Shown here: positions 19,497-24,000 of the stretch, piece by piece
Position numbering within the stretch: position 1 is the stretch's first letter
Layout of the letters: each line of letters starts with the position of its first letter
DNA from: an uncultured Acholeplasmataceae bacterium
Lineage (GTDB): Bacteria; Bacillota_I; Bacilli_A; Acholeplasmatales; UBA5453
Direction of reading: 5' to 3'
NCBI GenBank assembly: GCA_964387195.1
Contig: CAYLVT010000005.1
Coordinates: 1 to 24,000 of the forward strand
DNA: 24,000 nt
Translations under genes and position numbers: made by a program
The notes under the pieces: generated by a model
The model's database searches: none
What the model was told of the DNA's origin: nothing
The model's input: only the letters and a program-made list of their open reading frames with translations

Positions 19497-19808
19497 TTAT
19501 AGACCAAGCATTTTAATCAGTTTATCTTTTGGATGGAAACCAACACCATTTTGTGTAACTTTTCCATTTTCGAAAACAACTAAAGTAGGAATGCTTCTAA
19601 CCCCAAACATTTGAGCTAGTTCACCTTGTTGGTCTACATTTACTTTACCAACAACTGCGTTTTCTCCAACTTCTTTTGCAACTTCATCAACGATTGGTAA
19701 TTGCATTTTACATGGCCCACACCAATCCGCATAGAAGTCTACTAATACTGGTTTTTTGCTGTTTAATACTACTTCGTTAAAGTTTTCTTTTGTTATTACT
19801 AATGTCAT
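19497..19808 (-). CDS. trxA: Thioredoxin
   Basis: 103 aa with WCGPCK active site and a conserved cis-Pro (SIPTLVVF). RBS GGAGGT (complement of 19817-19822). Confidence 0.95.
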   Translation of the reverse strand: MTLVITKENFNEVVLNSKKPVLVDFYADWCGPCKMQLPIVDEVAKEVGENAVVGKVNVDQQGELAQMFGVRSIPTLVVFENGKVTQNGVGFHPKDKLIKMLGL

Positions 19809-19843
19809 AATATCATACCTCCATTTTTCTTGGTTCTAAACAT

Positions 19844-19852
19844 ATTATATCA
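19844..19852 (-). promoter_or_regulatory. Extended -10 promoter for trxA
   Basis: The minus strand reads TGATATAAT (complement of 19844-19852), about 35 nt upstream of the trxA start. Confidence 0.5.
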
Positions 19853-19899
19853 CTTTGCTAGATGTATTCTACTAATTTGCTTTTTAGTTAATTAAACTA

Positions 19900-19908
19900 T
19901 GTTATAAT
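19900..19908 (+). promoter_or_regulatory. Extended -10 promoter for ecfA1-ecfA2-ecfT-truA
   Basis: TGTTATAAT at 19900-19908 (TGnTATAAT), 22 nt upstream of ATG 19931. TTGCTT at 19877-19882 is 20 nt away, which is too far for a -35. Confidence 0.55.
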
Positions 19909-19930
19909 ATATAAGCAATAAGGAGTTAAG

Positions 19931-20740
19931 ATGATAAAAATTAAGGATTTATATTTTTCATATGACAATAGACATGAAGCACTTAAAGGCATTTCCCTTA
20001 ACATTGAAGATGGAACATGGACAGCCATTGTAGGACACAATGGAAGTGGCAAAAGTACCTTAGCTAAATTGTTGGTTGGTTTGATTGAACCAACGAAAGG
20101 TGAAATTCATATTAATGATATGCTCATGACTACAAATAATCTTTCACAAATCAGAAAACACGTCGGTATTGTATTTCAAAACCCAGACAATCAATTTGTT
20201 GGGGTTACAGTGAAGCACGATATCGCTTTTGGGCTTGAAAATCAACAAACCCCTCAACCAGAAATGTTAGAACTGATTGATAAATACATTAAAGTTGTTG
20301 GTATGGAGGGTTATCTAGATAAAGAACCACACCAACTATCGGGTGGGCAAAAACAAAGGGTTGCGATTGCTGGGGCACTAGCGATGAATCAAGATATTAT
20401 GATTTTTGATGAGGCAACTTCAATGTTAGATCCAGAAGGCACAAAAGAAATTAGTGATTTTATTATGGAATTAAACACCAAATACAATAAAACCCTTATT
20501 ACCATTACACACGACTTAGAATTTGCAAGAAAGGCAGATAGAGTGGTTGTGTTAAGTGATGGCAACATTATGTTTGATGGAACACCGGATGAAGTCTTTA
20601 AAAATTCTAGCATCTTAAAAGAAATAGATTTAGACATCCCCTTTGGTCTAAAACTATATGAAACTGCTTTTGAAGATGCACAATTAAAAGAAAATAAGAA
20701 ATTGATGGATGCGCTATGGCAATACAGTTTAAAGAAGTAA
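19931..20740 (+). CDS. ecfA1: Energy-coupling factor transporter ATPase EcfA1
   Basis: Walker A GHNGSGKST, signature LSGGQKQR, Walker B IMIFDEATS. First of a tandem ATPase pair upstream of ecfT. Confidence 0.92.
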   Translation: MIKIKDLYFSYDNRHEALKGISLNIEDGTWTAIVGHNGSGKSTLAKLLVGLIEPTKGEIHINDMLMTTNNLSQIRKHVGIVFQNPDNQFVGVTVKHDIAFGLENQQTPQPEMLELIDKYIKVVGMEGYLDKEPHQLSGGQKQRVAIAGALAMNQDIMIFDEATSMLDPEGTKEISDFIMELNTKYNKTLITITHDLEFARKADRVVVLSDGNIMFDGTPDEVFKNSSILKEIDLDIPFGLKLYETAFEDAQLKENKKLMDALWQYSLKK

Positions 20741-21561
20741 GCTTTTCTTATAGAGGGGTTAAAGACCAACAGTATGAAGCGATAAAAGATATTAATTTAC
20801 AAATTGATAAAGGGGAATTTATTGCAGTGTGTGGTCAAACCGGTAGTGGTAAAACAACCATGGTTCAACATATGAATGCCTTATTGCAACCAACTAGGGG
20901 CAATGTATTCATTTTTGAACATACCCTACCCCAAAAGAAAAAACAAAAAATTGGACCCATTCGAAAAAGGGTTGGTTTGGTATTTCAATTTCCAGAATAT
21001 CAATTATTTGAAGAAACCATTCTTAAAGATATTATGTTCGGACCTAAGAATTTTGGATTATCAAATGAAGAAGCAAAAGAAAAAGCATTAATGGCTGCAA
21101 AACTTGTCGGATTATCTGAGGATTTACTTGAAAAAAGTCCTTTTAGAATTAGTGGGGGACAAATGAGAAGGGTAGCTATTGCGGGTATTCTTGCGATGGA
21201 GCCTGATATTTTAGTATTAGATGAACCAACCAGGGGTTTAGACCCACAAGGTTCTAAAGAGATTATGGATTTGTTTTACAAACTTCATAAAGAAAATGAT
21301 AAAACCATCATCTTAGTTAGCCATGATATGGACATCATCGCTAACTACGCTTCTAGAGTGGTCGTTTTGGATGAAGGTCAAATTGTCTTTGATGGAAGTA
21401 AAGAGGATTTGTTTTCCCAAAAAGATTTTGATTCATTTCATTTAGCTAAGCCAAAAACCATAGAAGTTATGCATTATTTAAATGAACAAATTGGTATTCC
21501 ATTTAAAAACCTATTTTCATTTGAAGATGTTTTAGCGTACTTAAAAGAGGTGAGCAAATGA
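20716..21561 (+). CDS. ecfA2: Energy-coupling factor transporter ATPase EcfA2
   Basis: Walker A GQTGSGKTT, ISGGQMRR, ILVLDEPT. 25-nt overlap with ecfA1. Confidence 0.92.
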   Translation: MAIQFKEVSFSYRGVKDQQYEAIKDINLQIDKGEFIAVCGQTGSGKTTMVQHMNALLQPTRGNVFIFEHTLPQKKKQKIGPIRKRVGLVFQFPEYQLFEETILKDIMFGPKNFGLSNEEAKEKALMAAKLVGLSEDLLEKSPFRISGGQMRRVAIAGILAMEPDILVLDEPTRGLDPQGSKEIMDLFYKLHKENDKTIILVSHDMDIIANYASRVVVLDEGQIVFDGSKEDLFSQKDFDSFHLAKPKTIEVMHYLNEQIGIPFKNLFSFEDVLAYLKEVSK

Positions 21562-22547
21562 ATAATATTGTCATTGGTCAATATGTGCATGGTTCATCTT
21601 GGATATATAAACTAGACCCTCGTATAAAAATCAGTGCTTTAGTTATCTTATTGGTTACAACCTTCTTACTCAGTAACCTATTTTTAATGAGCATCATGTT
21701 TGGGCTTATGATTGTGATGATTTTCTCAACACGTGTCCCTTTCTTAAAGATGATAAGAGGTATGAAACCTTTAATCTTTTTACTAACATTTACCTTTTTT
21801 ATTCAAATATTTTCCATTCAAGAAGGGAATGTTTTACTACAACAAACGATGTATATTGGTCCCTTAAGTGTGCTTGCGATGATGACGATAGTAATTATCT
21901 ATTTTCTTATTAAAAGGTATATTAAGTTTAAAATAATACTGTTTTTCTTAGTGGTGTTTTTAATATTCTATGTACAAGCAATACTCCCTTCAACCCTAAT
22001 TGGACTTCAAGATTTTACGTATGAGTTTGTTATTAGGGAGTTGGCGCTACAATATACAGGCTTTTTATTGTTAAGAATCATGATTGTTGTGATGCTTTCT
22101 AGTTTATTAACCTTTACAACCCTACCTACGGATATTACAAATGGTCTTGAGTCATTATTAAGACCCTTAAAGGTCATTAAGTTTCCCGTTGGAGAGCTTG
22201 CAACGATGTTATCTTTAACACTAAGATTTATACCCACACTATTAGATGAAACGCAAAAAATCATGAAAGCGCAAGCGTCTCGTGGTGTTGAATTTAGTGA
22301 ATCAAAACTCAAAGATAAAATCACTCAAATTGTTTCACTGCTTATTCCAATTTTTGTAATCTCCTTTAAGCGTGCGGAAGATTTAGCCAATGCGATGGAA
22401 GCAAGAGGCTATATTATCGGTGGCAAAAGAACAAAGGTAGATATGCTTAAAATGCGCGTCTTTGATATTTTTGTTTTGTTTGTTTGTTTAGGTCTACTAA
22501 CCACATCTATTTTACTTAGAGTAGGGGTGATTCAGATTGCGTTATAA
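21558..22547 (+). CDS. ecfT: Energy-coupling factor transporter transmembrane subunit EcfT
   Basis: 329 aa polytopic protein with the conserved EcfT region ...QKIMKAQASRG...RAEDLANAMEARG. ATGA overlap with ecfA2. Longer than the roughly 265 aa typical for EcfT. Confidence 0.88.
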   Translation: MNNIVIGQYVHGSSWIYKLDPRIKISALVILLVTTFLLSNLFLMSIMFGLMIVMIFSTRVPFLKMIRGMKPLIFLLTFTFFIQIFSIQEGNVLLQQTMYIGPLSVLAMMTIVIIYFLIKRYIKFKIILFFLVVFLIFYVQAILPSTLIGLQDFTYEFVIRELALQYTGFLLLRIMIVVMLSSLLTFTTLPTDITNGLESLLRPLKVIKFPVGELATMLSLTLRFIPTLLDETQKIMKAQASRGVEFSESKLKDKITQIVSLLIPIFVISFKRAEDLANAMEARGYIIGGKRTKVDMLKMRVFDIFVLFVCLGLLTTSILLRVGVIQIAL

Positions 22548-23268
22548 AGTCACCCTAAGTTATGATGGTACCCATTATCATGGTTTTCAAAAACAACAAA
22601 ACAGCCATTCTATAGAAGCTGAAATCAATCAAGCCCTTTTTAAAATTCATAAAAAACCAATTAAGATTATCGCTTCAGGAAGAACCGATAAAGGGGTTCA
22701 CGCCTTAGGGCAAGTGTTTGACTTCAAATCACATCTAAAAATGACGTGTGAACAGTTTAAAAAGGCTTTAAATAGCTATTTACCTAAAGATATATACATC
22801 AAAGAAGTCGAAGTCGTTAGTGATCACTTTAACGCACGTCATAGTGCCGTTAAAAAAACGTATAAATATATTATTAATCAAGAATTTGATGTTTTTAAAA
22901 GAAGTCATGAATTATACTACCCCTATAAAATCGATATTGCGTTATTAAAAGAAGCCACAAAATCGTTTATTGGAACCCATGACTTTTATGGTTTTGCGGG
23001 GTATGTGAAAGATAAACCCACTATAAAAACCATTTATGATGCGAATGTCGTTGTTGATCAAAGTAGAATTATTATTACCTTTATTGGTAATGGCTTTTTA
23101 AAATATATGGTAAGAAAAATGGTAGGTACCATTTTAGATATTAGCTCAGGTAAAAAACCACTTTCCATAATTGATACGATATTTGAAACAAAAGATCGAA
23201 ACCTCTGTGGTAAAACCATTAATCCTGAGGGGTTATACTTAGTAGAGGTAGATTATGAACGCAACTAA
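22537..23268 (+). CDS. truA: tRNA pseudouridine(38-40) synthase TruA
   Basis: TTG start 22537 (MRYKVTLSYDGTHYHGFQKQ), catalytic GRTDKGVHA. 11-nt overlap with ecfT. Confidence 0.93.
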   Translation: MRYKVTLSYDGTHYHGFQKQQNSHSIEAEINQALFKIHKKPIKIIASGRTDKGVHALGQVFDFKSHLKMTCEQFKKALNSYLPKDIYIKEVEVVSDHFNARHSAVKKTYKYIINQEFDVFKRSHELYYPYKIDIALLKEATKSFIGTHDFYGFAGYVKDKPTIKTIYDANVVVDQSRIIITFIGNGFLKYMVRKMVGTILDISSGKKPLSIIDTIFETKDRNLCGKTINPEGLYLVEVDYERN

Positions 23269-23286
23269 CAATTGCGTGTCTTTTTT
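23259..23286 (+). terminator. Possible weak intrinsic terminator after truA
   Basis: 6-bp stem ACGCAA (23259-23264) / TTGCGT (23272-23277), 7-nt loop, then GTC + TTTTTT (23281-23286). The short stem overlaps the truA stop codon. Confidence 0.4.
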
Positions 23287-23323
23287 CTTATAGGTTGTTA
23301 AAATGAAACTGTGAGGTAGTAAA

Positions 23324-23785
23324 ATGATTGATTTAAGAAGCGTCGGTAAGAAAATTCAATCCCTAAGAGTTTCAAATCATTTAACTCAAGATGAACTCGC
23401 AGAAAAGCTTTATGTAAGTCGTCAAGCTCTTTCTAAATGGGAAAATGGGCAAAGTATTCCCACCATTGATAACATCTTATTACTATCCAGGTTATTTAAT
23501 GTGACATTTGAAGAGATTTTATGTTTAAATGAAAAAACAGAATTCGATGAAAATGATCTCTTTAAAAGCCATGATCGCTATTTAATCATTAATAAGATTA
23601 TGAGTGGCGAGTTAGTTGTGGACCTACCAACCGTCTTTTATCAGTTTTCGCCCCTTGAGAGGATGACGTTACTTAAAAAGGTAAAAGAAGGTAGCCTAAA
23701 GGTAAATATAAGCGACTTATCAACCAAACTTACAACCTCAGAACTTAAGTACTTACTAGGAGGGAATTATGTTAAAACGACTTAA
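23324..23785 (+). CDS. XRE-family helix-turn-helix transcriptional regulator with an uncharacterised C-terminal domain
   Basis: N-terminal HTH_3 pattern IQSLRVSNHLTQDELAEKLYVSRQALSKWENGQSIPTIDNILLLSRLFNVTFEEIL. About 90 aa of C-terminal sequence has no motif I recognise. RBS GAGG 23312-23315. Confidence 0.8.
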   Translation: MIDLRSVGKKIQSLRVSNHLTQDELAEKLYVSRQALSKWENGQSIPTIDNILLLSRLFNVTFEEILCLNEKTEFDENDLFKSHDRYLIINKIMSGELVVDLPTVFYQFSPLERMTLLKKVKEGSLKVNISDLSTKLTTSELKYLLGGNYVKTT

Positions 23786-24000
23786 AAGAAAAGAAGTGAA
23801 AGTCATGAACGAACACGTTGATGAACTCACTAAGAAAATGGAATCACTTAAAGAAGGCGCATTACCGCTAAAAGAAAAAGCAATCTCTTTAAAACAAACC
23901 CTTGAAGCAGAACGCGCAAAACAAAACCGTTTAGGCTATCAAAAACTTCATGAAAGACTCAATTATGTTCTTTCTTACTTTCAAGATTATGATCAAAACA
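23769..24000 (+). CDS. Hypothetical coiled-coil-like protein, N-terminal fragment (continues past the window end)
   Basis: ATG 23769 after AGGAGGG (23757-23763). Open for 77 codons to the window edge: MLKRLKRKEVKVMNEHVDELTKKMESLKEGALPLKEKAISLKQTLEAERAKQNRLGYQKLHERLNYVLSYFQDYDQN... Overlaps the HTH gene by 17 nt. Not in the ORF track because it is truncated. Confidence 0.5.
   Translation, partial: MLKRLKRKEVKVMNEHVDELTKKMESLKEGALPLKEKAISLKQTLEAERAKQNRLGYQKLHERLNYVLSYFQDYDQN

Noticed and set aside
425-22324. Sixteen antisense ORFs of 61-126 aa in the track: 425-640, 644-985, 4069-4278, 4382-4576, 5079-5396, 5657-5887, 6892-7101, 7338-7562, 7995-8345, 11878-12168, 12819-13004, 12895-13119, 14837-15052, 16449-16757, 20389-20769, 22007-22324
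   Set aside because: Each lies entirely opposite a strongly conserved gene (r-proteins, secY, rpoA, glcK, ecfA, ecfT). They have low-complexity or Ser/Leu/Phe-rich translations typical of the reverse frame of AT-rich genes, no SD sequence, and no recognisable motif.
21558-22547. EcfT length (329 aa, versus about 265 aa from memory) as a possible fusion with another domain
   Set aside because: The extra length appears to be additional hydrophobic helices in the middle (about 21880-22010), with no separate soluble domain or internal start signal. It is probably lineage variation and cannot be assessed further without alignment.
1-24000. Search for CRISPR arrays, transposases/IS ends, integrases, tRNA/rRNA genes and long direct repeats
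   Set aside because: None seen. Apart from the intergenic regions described, the window is fully occupied by recognisable housekeeping genes in conserved order. No repeat-spacer periodicity or terminal inverted repeats were noticed by eye, though a computational repeat scan would be more sensitive.

Overview
This window is core housekeeping DNA from a low-GC (roughly one-third GC by eye) Firmicutes/Tenericutes-like bacterium. The proteins resemble Acholeplasma or Erysipelotrichia, and the code is standard 11: TGA terminates adk, ecfA2 and the EI-like gene, and Trp is TGG. About 14 kb (2886-17185) is one tightly packed S10-spc-alpha ribosomal protein cluster on the + strand. It runs rpsJ to rplQ and includes secY, adk, map, infA and rpoA, starting at a near-consensus promoter with a structured leader and ending at a strong intrinsic terminator. 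Upstream lie a DegV-family 3' end, a ROK glucokinase and an overlapping, divergent PTS Enzyme I-like gene. Downstream lie pepF, a small DUF2871-like membrane protein, a convergent trxA, the ecfA1-ecfA2-ecfT-truA block, an XRE-type HTH regulator, and an overlapping coiled-coil ORF cut by the window end. Two small r-protein genes missing from the ORF track (rpmD, rpmJ) were found by hand, and nine ORF-track starts were trimmed to the SD-supported start (glcK, the EI-like gene, rpsJ, rplW, rplP, rplN, rplF, rplR, pepF). I see no CRISPR array, mobile element, tRNA/rRNA gene or convincing novel multi-gene system. The best second-look candidates are the GC-rich rpsJ leader RNA, the glucokinase/EI-like pair, and the HTH plus truncated ORF where rplM-rpsI would be expected.
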